Below are positions 48,501-57,930 of a DNA stretch of 64,000 nucleotides, one piece after another. Position numbers and translations under genes: made by a program. How positions within the stretch are numbered: position 1 is the first letter of the stretch; the number at the start of each line of letters is the position of its first letter. Location: positions 4,870 through 68,869 of the forward strand of contig MESW01000006.1 of assembly GCA_001771135.1 (NCBI GenBank). The letters are read 5' to 3'. Source of the stretch: a candidate division CPR3 bacterium GWF2_35_18 (GTDB lineage: Bacteria > Patescibacteriota > CPR3 > GWF2-35-18). Below the pieces are notes generated by a model. That model saw only the letters and a program-made list of their open reading frames with translations. It ran no database searches and was not told the origin of the DNA.

Positions 48501-50610
48501 TCGCGTTCTTTATTATAGCAATATGATTACAATTCCCATTCGCGTCAGAAATGTAAGTGATCATGTAATTAAAGAACCCGTAACAATGACAGTAGACCTT
48601 CCTGATTTTCTTGATCTGTATGATGTTAATCCCTATCCTGAAGATTATGTGGGAACTCCTGAAGAGGATCCTGAAAATAATTGGGTGGCGGTGGAAGCTG
48701 AACTCCCAGGAATTCCTGATTTAATTAATTATATGGCTACACTACATATGAACTGGACAGATGGAACATCCGGAATTGCGAATGGTCCTCATGGAGGAAC
48801 AATCACTTGGACTTTTTGGAATGAAGATGTAGAAGTTGGTTTACCTATCGGGGCTGATTATACTTTTACTCTAAGAGTGGTTCCTGCCGACAAAAACAGT
48901 GCTGGTCTATCCTTTTATGGAAATCACCGTATTTCATATAACGGAACGCAAGACTCTGAACTCAACCACTACATAAATAATTTATATTCTGATAACCGCT
49001 TGATAAATCTAGAGTACAAAACACAGTGGTCTGATTCTGAAGTTGTAGAGCTTCAATCTTTTAGAATTGGAAGCGATGTTGTCTCTAAAGCTTCTCCTGG
49101 ATGTGGAGGTTACGATGAAGATGGTAATCCTCTTACAGACGGTTGTTCTGTAGATCCAAACTCTCGACCTTTTGGCTGGCCAGTCACTGGAACTATTGCT
49201 CAAGATTGGGGTGGTATTGAAGACTATAACACTGATTCTGATATCACCTGGAGTAATCCTTTAGCTGAAGAATGGGGTCCCAGATACGGAGAAGGTGAAA
49301 AATATCAGATTTGTGAGAATGAAAGTAATGAATACTGGTCACACCAAGGAATAGATCTTGTTCCGATTGAAGGAGAAGCCTCTGAAACTGAGATTTATTC
49401 TACTCATGCTGGAAATGTAGTAGCAGCTGAATGTTTTGAAGATGAGAGAGGTTGCAGTGTCACGGTAAGCTCAAATGTTGATGATGATTGTTGGCCGGAA
49501 TTTGTGACTACATATAATAATTTAATTCCTGAACTACTAAGAGTTTTACCCAATGAATATGTTCCCCGACATAAATTGTTGGGTCTCATGGGAGCAACGG
49601 GTAAAGGAGCTGGTGGAACTGATTATACTGGATTTACCCATACTAACTATCAAATCCGTTATCCAGTCACTGAAAAGCTAGACCTCAATAATGATAATTG
49701 TCCGGCTTATCCCCCACCTTTAGACGCAGATAATCCTGATGGGTATAATACACCAGCAACTTATTTTCCAATTGAACAGGACAACTGTCATGGATACGAG
49801 GATAATCCGGAAGATCCGGAATATGTTGACCCTATTACAAATGACTTTTACAACCTCAGAAAACCAGAAGAAGATTCTGCAGATCTAAGCAAAGACGAAG
49901 AATACGAATGTAACCTCGACCCATACATATGTGAAACCCCATTTCCTAATCGCGCCTATTCTACCTGTCAATGTGTCACTGAAGATTGTGATGTAGAAAT
50001 GATCGATTATCCTCCATACTTCTTTTGCGAAAATAAACGTCAGGATCAAGATGTTAGTAGCTGTTACTATGATAATCCTACTGGATTCCAAAAAGACTTT
50101 GGCGGTAATAGTATCCCTATGAGTTGTCCTATTCAAGAACCAGAACCATTCTGTCTTGGAATATGGAGTAGTGTAAATGTTCCGTTCAGCCATGCTGGTT
50201 TTGACTGGATAACCCATGCAGGACCGACAGTTGGAACTGAAGTTTTTTCTGTAGTTGATGGTGAAGTAATTATTAGTGGCTGTAATGACGGTTACGGAAA
50301 TATGGTTCTTATCACTGATGGTACTTATGATTATTATTACGGACATTTAGCTCCTGGTACCAATGTCGCGATGGGACCAATATCCTCGGGAACGCTAGTG
50401 GGAGCAATAGGAATGACACCTACATGCGCTGGAGAACATTCCACAGGGCCTCATCTCCACTTTGAAGTGAGAACTGCAGGAGCACACTGTGGTTATGCCA
50501 ATCCAGCCTGTACCATCGATCCCATCTCAATTGGTATTTGCGGCCCCTCGCTTGGTGCTGGTGAATATTCTGGAGTCGCTGAACATTGCGATAACTGTAG
50601 TTGTGAATAA
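45544..50610 (+). CDS. Giant secreted Cys-rich protein with Ig-like repeats and two M23 peptidase domains (first degenerate, second intact)
   Basis: Signal peptide; three C..G....F...I.NNC repeats (about 46010-46980); HQGID..HTN domain (about 49170-49660); HAGFD..YGHL..STGPHLHFEVR domain (about 50190-50530). Confidence 0.8.
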   Translation: MKVPSKRLKKLISLGLNILLTLSLILQSSPAFTTPVNAYDPFSLTPEKLGIFKGLPDKFKGFFDSASQKLNGLFKTPSGTTGGASEGSPAQPLPDEEHPIIPISADLIQVDATWSASCVPDMPPDEYLASGGGGGTCYMTPYEPPVPQKPIEDNGSCAEINIISDRSCVIAPGRSVNFVVEIVNNCDTTFTILSIFDDHKGLVNIKETKTVGPGEKITTLPYDIVVKEPLINTVTLTAQFSDYNPFIIEKIGTLITIDPLGCQIHPVCLALSYEAEPTCVENSGDPSNFIARINNNCTNQITSTQLITSFNTQNLGTLVAGETVIELGEKNITSNITETANLTAIMDTYFINVTDTATVSLSPFPVGCVTNPPSTCISFHEVAIPSCVENSGEQSTFTISVTNNCTENFTISSITDTLAPGGTIDITGHESVPVSGSQSFSYNLTINNPVSGTANLTGVLASGTTITATTTSGVSVGNCISLNELNLPLGLHSLNKNTNISNLISKIKDFIPNAVNHIKEIFTPDNVTAATPICDTCQTENYGWDENPPAGFDDEYNDYYQIEPGICMVECNPMSDPFESDSCPDPYQCPERVASYTNYGNCDEEVKTCTVPILGTQFDACWGLYPPAAHTPYDYTDPDASCTLDDLPTTTPTGETVGGDPQIYEVFSQNITQYNYEECNRHDSISKYNRACAPQYSYTKADMPTCYPTDLGTSYGATARKLNGCNELIEPTELDDGTLVGVSPPQSPNKADAYDCSEKTCNATDGPRCVQGTEAVCRKAIEIKTCEQLITTTSEPPADNWGENCVVQALPAQEITCGNAEGCPADGGSEYGCSVENICTQDVSYWDGNSEDHDCDDDGSADCCSECEFEGGVEVCNDNPGNNDCGGSCCNCDDGYEGCLNFDTSSNPESIPPTPDACSGGNCSCEEGSSAGECANADNTLCADNGETGCADLEDCCKLKEHWEWPITSDALDCAIYQYTERHMMYRVLYYSNMITIPIRVRNVSDHVIKEPVTMTVDLPDFLDLYDVNPYPEDYVGTPEEDPENNWVAVEAELPGIPDLINYMATLHMNWTDGTSGIANGPHGGTITWTFWNEDVEVGLPIGADYTFTLRVVPADKNSAGLSFYGNHRISYNGTQDSELNHYINNLYSDNRLINLEYKTQWSDSEVVELQSFRIGSDVVSKASPGCGGYDEDGNPLTDGCSVDPNSRPFGWPVTGTIAQDWGGIEDYNTDSDITWSNPLAEEWGPRYGEGEKYQICENESNEYWSHQGIDLVPIEGEASETEIYSTHAGNVVAAECFEDERGCSVTVSSNVDDDCWPEFVTTYNNLIPELLRVLPNEYVPRHKLLGLMGATGKGAGGTDYTGFTHTNYQIRYPVTEKLDLNNDNCPAYPPPLDADNPDGYNTPATYFPIEQDNCHGYEDNPEDPEYVDPITNDFYNLRKPEEDSADLSKDEEYECNLDPYICETPFPNRAYSTCQCVTEDCDVEMIDYPPYFFCENKRQDQDVSSCYYDNPTGFQKDFGGNSIPMSCPIQEPEPFCLGIWSSVNVPFSHAGFDWITHAGPTVGTEVFSVVDGEVIISGCNDGYGNMVLITDGTYDYYYGHLAPGTNVAMGPISSGTLVGAIGMTPTCAGEHSTGPHLHFEVRTAGAHCGYANPACTIDPISIGICGPSLGAGEYSGVAEHCDNCSCE

Positions 50611-50619
50611 ATCTAAAAT

Positions 50620-51744
50620 ATGAAAAGCATTTTAAATAAAATTAAATTAAATATCTCCAAATTAAAAGATAAACTCCAAGAATCTAAGCTGTTACACAAA
50701 TGGGAAGAAAACCTTTCCGATAAGGGAAAACAAATATGTAAGTATATAAAAACCCATCCAAAACAATCTTTAGTGGTGGCTTCGGTAATAGTTATAATAA
50801 TAACAATTGGAGTATATCTGGTTTCCATACTCATAAAACCAAAACCGATTACTACAACCCCCCACCCTTTTACCGAAGTTACGACCTATAAATTAAATTC
50901 CGTTCCGACCAAAATAGAATATGGTAAATTTAATTCGGAATTAAGAGAGTTTCCTTCTAATATCTCTATCTATCAAACAAAAGAAAAGCCTTTATCAGGA
51001 TTACAAGAAATCGGTAATTTACAAAGGATTCTTCAAACCTTAGGATTTACTTCTGATGCCCGAAATTATTCTAACAAAAAAGCGATTGCCTATTATGAAA
51101 AAGGTAAATCTCTAACAGTAACGTTGATCGGCGATAAAATATCTTTCAGTACAGGATTGAATGTCGAACCAGAGCTTCTACAACAAACAAACGACATTCG
51201 TTCGCTATCTGATTTACTCCAAACTGGAAAATATTTTTTTAGTGAAAATGGGTTAAATTTCGAGATACAATTTTCTGATCCAAAAACCGTATACAGTAGA
51301 ATGGGAGAGCTTGGTCTTTATGAAATTAACAATGTTGAACAGGCGGATGTTGTAACCTATATTTTACAGCCGCAAATTGAATCTTTAAATATTGCTAATA
51401 ACCAATTTCTGCCTTATATAAGCTTGACAAAAAATGGCAAAATTGTCGCCTTTTCTATTTTTAACAAAAAAATCGTTGCGGCTACTAAAAATCCGGTGAT
51501 AAGTATAAGTAAGCTGAAAAAATCGATCCAAAATAATGAAGCTGTCTCTTTAAGTAAAATTGAAACCAAATATCTAGAGCCTCAAAGTATTGTGATAAAA
51601 AGTACTCAAGTTCTTTACTATTATAATGAGGCACAGGAAGTTTTAACGCCTGTTGTTACTCTGCAAGTAACCCTTAAAAAAGATGGTGAAGAAAAAGAAG
51701 CTACGCTATATCTACCCGCTTTTGAAAACAAATATTACTATTAA
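50620..51744 (+). CDS. Single-TM membrane-anchored hypothetical protein
   Basis: Basic N-terminus, one TM helix, extracellular domain ending L.YYY......L.PV......YLPA; in operon with neighbours. Confidence 0.6.
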   Translation: MKSILNKIKLNISKLKDKLQESKLLHKWEENLSDKGKQICKYIKTHPKQSLVVASVIVIIITIGVYLVSILIKPKPITTTPHPFTEVTTYKLNSVPTKIEYGKFNSELREFPSNISIYQTKEKPLSGLQEIGNLQRILQTLGFTSDARNYSNKKAIAYYEKGKSLTVTLIGDKISFSTGLNVEPELLQQTNDIRSLSDLLQTGKYFFSENGLNFEIQFSDPKTVYSRMGELGLYEINNVEQADVVTYILQPQIESLNIANNQFLPYISLTKNGKIVAFSIFNKKIVAATKNPVISISKLKKSIQNNEAVSLSKIETKYLEPQSIVIKSTQVLYYYNEAQEVLTPVVTLQVTLKKDGEEKEATLYLPAFENKYYY

Positions 51745-51747
51745 ATT

Positions 51748-52641
51748 ATGAAGATAAAATTATTTAGCTTAAAATTAATCCTTATTGCTACTCTACCATT
51801 GATATTTTCGTATTCTACCCCAACGATTGCCGATGAGGAAAAAATTCTTTACTGTGAATTTATTCATTCTCCTTCTCAAGATGGTTTTATCAGAAGTGGC
51901 GGGCCTATTAATACTGATAGTGGTGCCCGTTATAGACCTTTAGCTATTCGTGACCCTGATTGTACAGATATTGTTAGAGATATCTCCTTCTATCCCGGAG
52001 AGTATAATCTTCCCCATTCTGAACCTGGAGGATTTATTCCTGGTGGACCAGGAGGAAGTTGGAATGATTGTACTGCATGTAATCCTGATCCTGCTTCTGT
52101 AGTTGCCGAACCATGGGTTGAGGCAAAATTTATCGATCTTGCAACACGTTGGTTTGGAGGAGTAGGAACTCCCAGAATAGATATGTATGATGAAGTTGTT
52201 GCTGCCGCAGAAGCGGCGGGAATGGATCCTATTTTTGCCATATCTATTTGGCTTCATGAATCTGGAGCAAGCAATTATGAGGGAATTTGTAGAGTATTAG
52301 GTCATGAAGATCCTAATTCTGGATATTGTACGCGTATTCAAGACTTTGGGGTAAATCTAGAATCAATCACAACTAAAATTGAAGCTCCGGGAGTATATCC
52401 TGACAATGTTACCGAAGATCATTTTGAAGAACAGCTCTCTCACTATGTAGATTTACCAGCATGGTATCTTACTATGTGTGACGTAAACGCAGTTTCTTGT
52501 CCTATGGAAGTATTTGGCTCGATGTTTAGATGGGGAGGTTGTCCACCTGAGACTGTAGACACATATAGCGTTGGAATCCAAGAAATATATGAAGGATTCT
52601 TTCAAGCAGGAGCATTCCCTTGCTATCCTATTAATCTTTAA
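51748..52641 (+). CDS. Secreted Cys-rich lysozyme-like (SLT/glucosaminidase-fold) protein
   Basis: Signal peptide; VVAAAEAAGMDP.FA.SIW.HESG motif with a putative catalytic Glu, then DFG. Confidence 0.55.
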   Translation: MKIKLFSLKLILIATLPLIFSYSTPTIADEEKILYCEFIHSPSQDGFIRSGGPINTDSGARYRPLAIRDPDCTDIVRDISFYPGEYNLPHSEPGGFIPGGPGGSWNDCTACNPDPASVVAEPWVEAKFIDLATRWFGGVGTPRIDMYDEVVAAAEAAGMDPIFAISIWLHESGASNYEGICRVLGHEDPNSGYCTRIQDFGVNLESITTKIEAPGVYPDNVTEDHFEEQLSHYVDLPAWYLTMCDVNAVSCPMEVFGSMFRWGGCPPETVDTYSVGIQEIYEGFFQAGAFPCYPINL

Positions 52642-52703
52642 GAATTAATTTCCTTAACTAAAAAAATACTGATCAAATATGTATAGTTTGATTATAAAGA
52701 AGT

Positions 52704-53345
52704 TTAACGTCGTTCTTCTAGTTCACTTCTTATCTTAGCGGCAACAGTATCTACAGCTTCGAGAGACATCTTGTTCCAAGGAATTACAATATCGGCATAT
52801 TTCATTTGCGGAACCACATATCGATAATGCATAGGATAAGCGGAGGTTAAATATTGATCTATTGATTCTTCTAATGTCGCTTCTCTATGTTCTTTAACAT
52901 CCCGAATAATACGTCGAGCTAAACGTAAATCTGGATCAACTTCTATATAAATTTTAAGATCAAAAAAGTCTCGCAAATACTTTGTAGAAAGACTCAGAAT
53001 TCCCTCAACAATAACAACACTTTTACTTTGAACCCAAACTCCTTGATGTTTACGTGTATGAGAAACAAAATCATAATCAGGAAGCTCAATAGGTTTACCC
53101 TTTTTAAGAGTCAGAAGGTCTCTAAAAAGCATCTGATTATCCAAAGCCTCGGGAACATCCATGTTTGCCTTTTTCCTCACATCTAGAGGAACATTACTTT
53201 GATCTTTATAGTACATATCGTGCGAAATTGTTAATACCTGATTGGGAAAATATTTAGTAATCATCTTCGCAAAAAGACTTTTTCCACTACCAGTACCTCC
53301 AGCAATTCCAATAAAAAATGGTGGGTTAAATTTGGATTTTTCCAT
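52704..53345 (-). CDS. udk: Uridine kinase
   Basis: IGIAGGTGSGKS, D.YYKD, P.YDF..HTR, VEGIL, RL.RRI.RD, P...YAD..IP. Confidence 0.93.
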   Translation of the reverse strand: MEKSKFNPPFFIGIAGGTGSGKSLFAKMITKYFPNQVLTISHDMYYKDQSNVPLDVRKKANMDVPEALDNQMLFRDLLTLKKGKPIELPDYDFVSHTRKHQGVWVQSKSVVIVEGILSLSTKYLRDFFDLKIYIEVDPDLRLARRIIRDVKEHREATLEESIDQYLTSAYPMHYRYVVPQMKYADIVIPWNKMSLEAVDTVAAKIRSELEERR

Positions 53346-53439
53346 ATATTTATATTTCTAAAAAATTAAACTAATCTCCCCTACTTTAATATATTTAAGT
53401 TTAGCATCATCATGGAAAAAACTATTCTGAGAATAAAAA

Positions 53440-56400
53440 CTATTTCCCAAAATTTATTACTAACTTCCTGTCTGTTTTTAGCGAGTCACTGTAAGAAAAT
53501 GAGGAGTCAGTCTGTTGTCCTTGTAGTAAAGTGTCTTTTATTTTTAGGTACGCGGGATAAGCAAAATTCAAATTAAATGGATCGGCAATACTTCCTGATT
53601 GTTTTTGTACATACAAAGAATACTGTAAATTTTTATCCGTGATACTTAAAGAAACAGGGAGATCGTAGAAAATTTTTATTTCTTGTTCTGAATCTATAAC
53701 TACATTTACTAATCCACCAAAAACTGTCTTTTCAAGATCAGAAGTCGTAGTAACTTCAGAACTAAAACCTTCAGTGTCAATAATTTTTGACCCTTCGGGA
53801 ACATAAACTCTTAAATAGTTTTTATAATTTCCTCCTGGCCAAGTATCTGTCAGTCCTCGATGTTTATACGAAATAGTTAAATCTGCTCTTAAATTCCCCT
53901 CTTTATTTACATTAACACTATAATTGATATCTCGATCAATAAAATAGTTAGCCTTATTTCCCCCCACATTACTATCAATCACCCATAGAAAATCACCTTT
54001 ATCACTTACAATTTTTCCATCCAAATTTTGATTTTTTAAAATATCATTAATAACTGGTTCCTTGAATGAAAATAGGATATGTTTTTCGGTTAAGTTCCTA
54101 AAAGATGATGAAAGTAATTTCCCCAAATCATGAACAGACATCTCTTGTAATTTCTGAATAATTTCATCTGCGCAAGCACCTAAAAAATCTTTTTTTCCTG
54201 TAGAACCTGGAGTAAAACCAACTTCAGAATAATATTCAGCTTTTTCAAAAAAGTTTGAGGCTGAGATCTGTTCGTTATATCCAATTGGGTTAATTGGCCC
54301 AATCTCGGCAATAAGGTTTTCAATAGTATAAAGGTCGATAGCAATGACTCCAGAAACATCATCATTGGTAGCCTTTTCATATAATCTTTCAATGTCAGAA
54401 GCGGAAACTGAAAAATCTGGAGACCAATTTGCATCACGCATCCCCCAACTTACAACCCCAAGATACTCTTTAAGCGGGGCTGGTGGAATTTGTGTTTCCT
54501 TATCGTCTAATAAACCATCTGGGTTATAAACATCATCAACTTTAATTTCTTTAATTCTTCCCTCTGAGACAAGAACGCGTGCGTAACTTCCAATAAACCC
54601 TCCGGTGGCTCTAATCTCTGAATTATTTTGAAAAATAATTAGATACACCTGATCTTCTTCATTTCCCATTAAAGATGGCAAAATATCAACGAGATTTTCC
54701 ACTTTACTCAAAATTTCTTTTCCATCGTAAAGCTGATCTTTAAGCTCCTCTACTCTATCCCAAAAAGAGCTGGGAAAATACTTGTCTTCTAAAAAATTCA
54801 GCTTTGATTGTGCTTCTGAAAAATTTTCGCGTGCCTGAACAACGTCTGTTTTGACTATGGGAATAATTTTATCAATATTATTATCACTTTGAGTATGATC
54901 TAGAAAAATATCAAAAGAAGAAATAATTGGATCCACACTAGAAGTTAAACATTCAACACCATTGGCAATATTTTCTCCAGAATCAAGAAGGTAAACGTAT
55001 TGTTGAAATCTTTGTCGTTCATGAATTAGAGAAAAAATCCAAAGTAAATTATTTAAGCTACTTGAAGCGGCGCGAAAAGATTTTTCTGCAATCGCCGCTT
55101 GTTTATTTGCTTCGTTCAATGAAAATTCGGTAATAGCCTGTTTTGATTTCTCAATAGCAGTTATTCCTTTGAAAGTAAAAAATGCACTAAGTAAGAAAGG
55201 TGAGAAAAATCCAAAGATGATAAATATTAAACAAACAATCACAAATGAAATCTTTAATTTATTAAAATGATGGTGCACCTTAATGTCAGTATCTCCAGCC
55301 ACTAAAACTTTTTTTTGCCTTAAAGAGTTTGATTCTTTTTCTTTACGGAAAGGTTTTAGAATTGATTGGAAAAAGCCTGATTGCGATTTGTTCTCGAAAA
55401 ATACTTCTCCTTTCACAACTTCTTCTTTATTAAGGTCTTTTTCTGGGGTAAGATCTGTAGTTGATACTTGAGAAATATTTTTGTTTTCTTCTTTAGAAAC
55501 TATTTCCGTCGCTTCGTAGCTAAAATCTTTTTTGGTAAATTCTTTAGTTTCTTTAATCTCTTTAAGCCCTTTTTCGTTTTTAAGCCGCGTGTCTTTGAGA
55601 AACCAGGCGACTGTTTTTTCAAAACCCTCTTCAATAGAAATATTTGGATACCAACGTAAATCTTTTTTACTTAAACTAATATCAATTTGAGGTAAAGGTA
55701 AAGTAATTTTGTCTGAAGGAATAAAATTGATAGACCCACCTTCTTTATAAAAAGTAAGGAGTGTCTCGGAAATAGTTCTTAGAGTAAATTTTTGTGGAGA
55801 AACTAAATAATAAACTTTTCCTTCTGTGTCTTTCGAAAACATTGCCTTGATAAGACCATAAACAACATCAGAAACATAGGTGGGAAAAACCTCTTCAAGA
55901 CCATCACCAAAAAGAGAAATTTTTTGACTTTCAATAAAAGAGTTAAAAAGACAGTTAATCGGAAAAATACTATTTAAAGGCATCCGTGGTCCATAAAGAT
56001 CACGAACTCTGACTATTTTTGCTTTAACCTCATGTTCTTTTCTAAACTCTTCTACAAGCGCTTCTCCAAATCTTTTTGCTTCATATAAGGCTAAAATATC
56101 TTCTTCATGATTGTCTTTTCCAAAATAGTTTTCCAAAGATAAACGCGAAGCTACCCCACTATAAATATCCACCAAAGAAATAAACAAAAATTCTGCTTTG
56201 TCTAATAAAGCTTTTTGTAATAATATTTTGGTTCCTTGAGAATTAATAAGAAGTGAATTTAGGCTTCCTTCCTTATTTTTAGAAACAATATCTAGTCCGG
56301 AGGCGTGAAAAATATAATCAACCTTTTCTATTTCAGCGACCATTTCCGCTTTTTCTAGGGAAAATTTTACAATTTCAAAATTCTTGTTTTTTTTACAGTT

Positions 56401-56547
56401 ATTGAGATTCTTATCAGAAGTCAGTGAAAAATCATCAAGACAAATAACCTTAAAACCGTTTATCAATAAAGCTTCACAAAGATGTGAACCTAAAAAATGA
56501 GCTCCACCAGATACAAGAACTGTTTTAATTTTTTTTGGACTATTCAT
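53440..56547 (-). CDS. Fusion: degenerate NAD-dependent epimerase/dehydratase domain, TM helix, DUF4012 extracellular domain
   Basis: VLVSGGAHFLGSHLC..YGPRM N-terminal SDR; YLI.FQNNSEIRATGGFIGSY, RDANWSPDF, DSNVGGNKAN, NYLRVYVP.GS. Confidence 0.8.
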   Translation of the reverse strand: MNSPKKIKTVLVSGGAHFLGSHLCEALLINGFKVICLDDFSLTSDKNLNNCKKNKNFEIVKFSLEKAEMVAEIEKVDYIFHASGLDIVSKNKEGSLNSLLINSQGTKILLQKALLDKAEFLFISLVDIYSGVASRLSLENYFGKDNHEEDILALYEAKRFGEALVEEFRKEHEVKAKIVRVRDLYGPRMPLNSIFPINCLFNSFIESQKISLFGDGLEEVFPTYVSDVVYGLIKAMFSKDTEGKVYYLVSPQKFTLRTISETLLTFYKEGGSINFIPSDKITLPLPQIDISLSKKDLRWYPNISIEEGFEKTVAWFLKDTRLKNEKGLKEIKETKEFTKKDFSYEATEIVSKEENKNISQVSTTDLTPEKDLNKEEVVKGEVFFENKSQSGFFQSILKPFRKEKESNSLRQKKVLVAGDTDIKVHHHFNKLKISFVIVCLIFIIFGFFSPFLLSAFFTFKGITAIEKSKQAITEFSLNEANKQAAIAEKSFRAASSSLNNLLWIFSLIHERQRFQQYVYLLDSGENIANGVECLTSSVDPIISSFDIFLDHTQSDNNIDKIIPIVKTDVVQARENFSEAQSKLNFLEDKYFPSSFWDRVEELKDQLYDGKEILSKVENLVDILPSLMGNEEDQVYLIIFQNNSEIRATGGFIGSYARVLVSEGRIKEIKVDDVYNPDGLLDDKETQIPPAPLKEYLGVVSWGMRDANWSPDFSVSASDIERLYEKATNDDVSGVIAIDLYTIENLIAEIGPINPIGYNEQISASNFFEKAEYYSEVGFTPGSTGKKDFLGACADEIIQKLQEMSVHDLGKLLSSSFRNLTEKHILFSFKEPVINDILKNQNLDGKIVSDKGDFLWVIDSNVGGNKANYFIDRDINYSVNVNKEGNLRADLTISYKHRGLTDTWPGGNYKNYLRVYVPEGSKIIDTEGFSSEVTTTSDLEKTVFGGLVNVVIDSEQEIKIFYDLPVSLSITDKNLQYSLYVQKQSGSIADPFNLNFAYPAYLKIKDTLLQGQQTDSSFSYSDSLKTDRKLVINFGK

Positions 56548-56562
56548 GGGCAGTAAAAAATC

Positions 56563-57180
56563 TTATGCTTTTTTAAATACTTCTAAAAATAAACTTAAAA
56601 TTATCCCAAAGATAAAACCAAATAACAATCCTCCACCAACAAAAATGAATAAAGAAATGTTCTTTGTTAAAACTAAAGGTTCCGAGTCAACAACGTCTAG
56701 AGAAAGGTTGGGATCTCCAGTTTGATTTAAAAGAAGAATTCTTTCAATCCCCGCTTGTCCAACGGCTTTTATGATGGCGCTCGATTCTTCTTTGTCTTTT
56801 GTCGTAACCGAAGCTTTAATTAATTGAGGAGCTTCTTTGGTAACAATAAGCCTGGACGATAACGATTCCAAGGCGACAACATCACGAGGAATATAATTAG
56901 TAATCTCCCCTGCTCTTTTTAAAACCTCCAAGCTTTGGAAAAAGCCTATCACAGTATCCGAATATTCTTTAGAAACCTGGCTAGCATAATAACCATCATA
57001 ACTATAATATTTTTCTGAAACTGGCTCTATTTTTCTTTTCACATAAAAAAGCAGTGAAGCCTCATAACTGTCTCCCTGTTGAAAATAATAAAACATTCCT
57101 AAAAGAAGAAATATTAAAGTTGTTATTAAAATTAAGAACTTCCTTTTTTTCATTAAAGAAAACAGGTAAATAATTTCCAT
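56563..57180 (-). CDS. Wzz/CpsC-like chain-length determinant
   Basis: N- and C-terminal TM helices, YEAS...YV, Gly-rich C-terminal TM. Confidence 0.6.
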   Translation of the reverse strand: MEIIYLFSLMKKRKFLILITTLIFLLLGMFYYFQQGDSYEASLLFYVKRKIEPVSEKYYSYDGYYASQVSKEYSDTVIGFFQSLEVLKRAGEITNYIPRDVVALESLSSRLIVTKEAPQLIKASVTTKDKEESSAIIKAVGQAGIERILLLNQTGDPNLSLDVVDSEPLVLTKNISLFIFVGGGLLFGFIFGIILSLFLEVFKKA

Positions 57181-57193
57181 ATTTTTTAATCCT

Positions 57194-57796
57194 TCATTTA
57201 TTCTTGAAAACTTTTTTATCTTTTTGAAATTTATTTATATTAATAATTTTAGGGAAAAGCATTGGGGTTTTTTCTTTATATTTTTCATAGTCTTTTCCAA
57301 ACCAAAGGGAAAGTCTTCTTTCTTCTCGATTTTGAATATATTCATAAAAAACAACACTTAATATGGGTATAATCCATAAAACAGTCATTAAAGATCCATT
57401 GTAAAAACCAAAGGCTACTAAAATAAAGAGATAACCTAAAGTCATTGGATGCCTAACAATAGAATATGGTCCATAAGTTGAAAGTTTTTTTGGATTAAAC
57501 CCGGGAAGAGGAAAAAAAGAAAAGGGAAAACAATCAGAATAAAAATAAAGGGTATAAAAAGACCATAAAACTAAACCTCCCCCAAAAGAAGCAAAAACAA
57601 TAGAAATTATAATAGACCAATTAGTATAAAAGATTACAGAAGAGATATCTAATAAGTATCCAAAAACTAAAACGTCTAAATTTTTTCCAATGAGTAAAAC
57701 TAAATAAGGAACTATAACTAGATAAATAGCAATATACCACATATAGGATATTACATAAATGAAAAAGTTTTTGATAAAGATAATTATTTTTTTCAT
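57194..57796 (-). CDS. Isoprenylcysteine/phospholipid methyltransferase (ICMT/PEMT) family protein
   Basis: L...GPY..VRHPM..G, EE..L...FG..Y..Y...TPM..P. Confidence 0.85.
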   Translation of the reverse strand: MKKIIIFIKNFFIYVISYMWYIAIYLVIVPYLVLLIGKNLDVLVFGYLLDISSVIFYTNWSIIISIVFASFGGGLVLWSFYTLYFYSDCFPFSFFPLPGFNPKKLSTYGPYSIVRHPMTLGYLFILVAFGFYNGSLMTVLWIIPILSVVFYEYIQNREERRLSLWFGKDYEKYKEKTPMLFPKIININKFQKDKKVFKNK

Positions 57797-57930
57797 GTAT
57801 ATAAAGATTTAAAAAAATACTCTTAAAATTATACCCGAATCTTTCTATATTTTAAACACTTTTTTTAAAAACGAGAATTATCTATTTATATGTTCAACTA
57901 TTAGTAAGGAAAGGGGAGAATTAAAAACGA

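Noticed and set aside
45925-52257. Many short antisense or alternate-frame ORFs inside the large surface-protein genes
   Set aside because: Shadow ORFs arising from biased codon usage; no RBS or recognisable motifs.
35066-52641. Integrative conjugative element
   Set aside because: No relaxase, coupling protein, VirB4, integrase or att repeats seen in or around the cluster.
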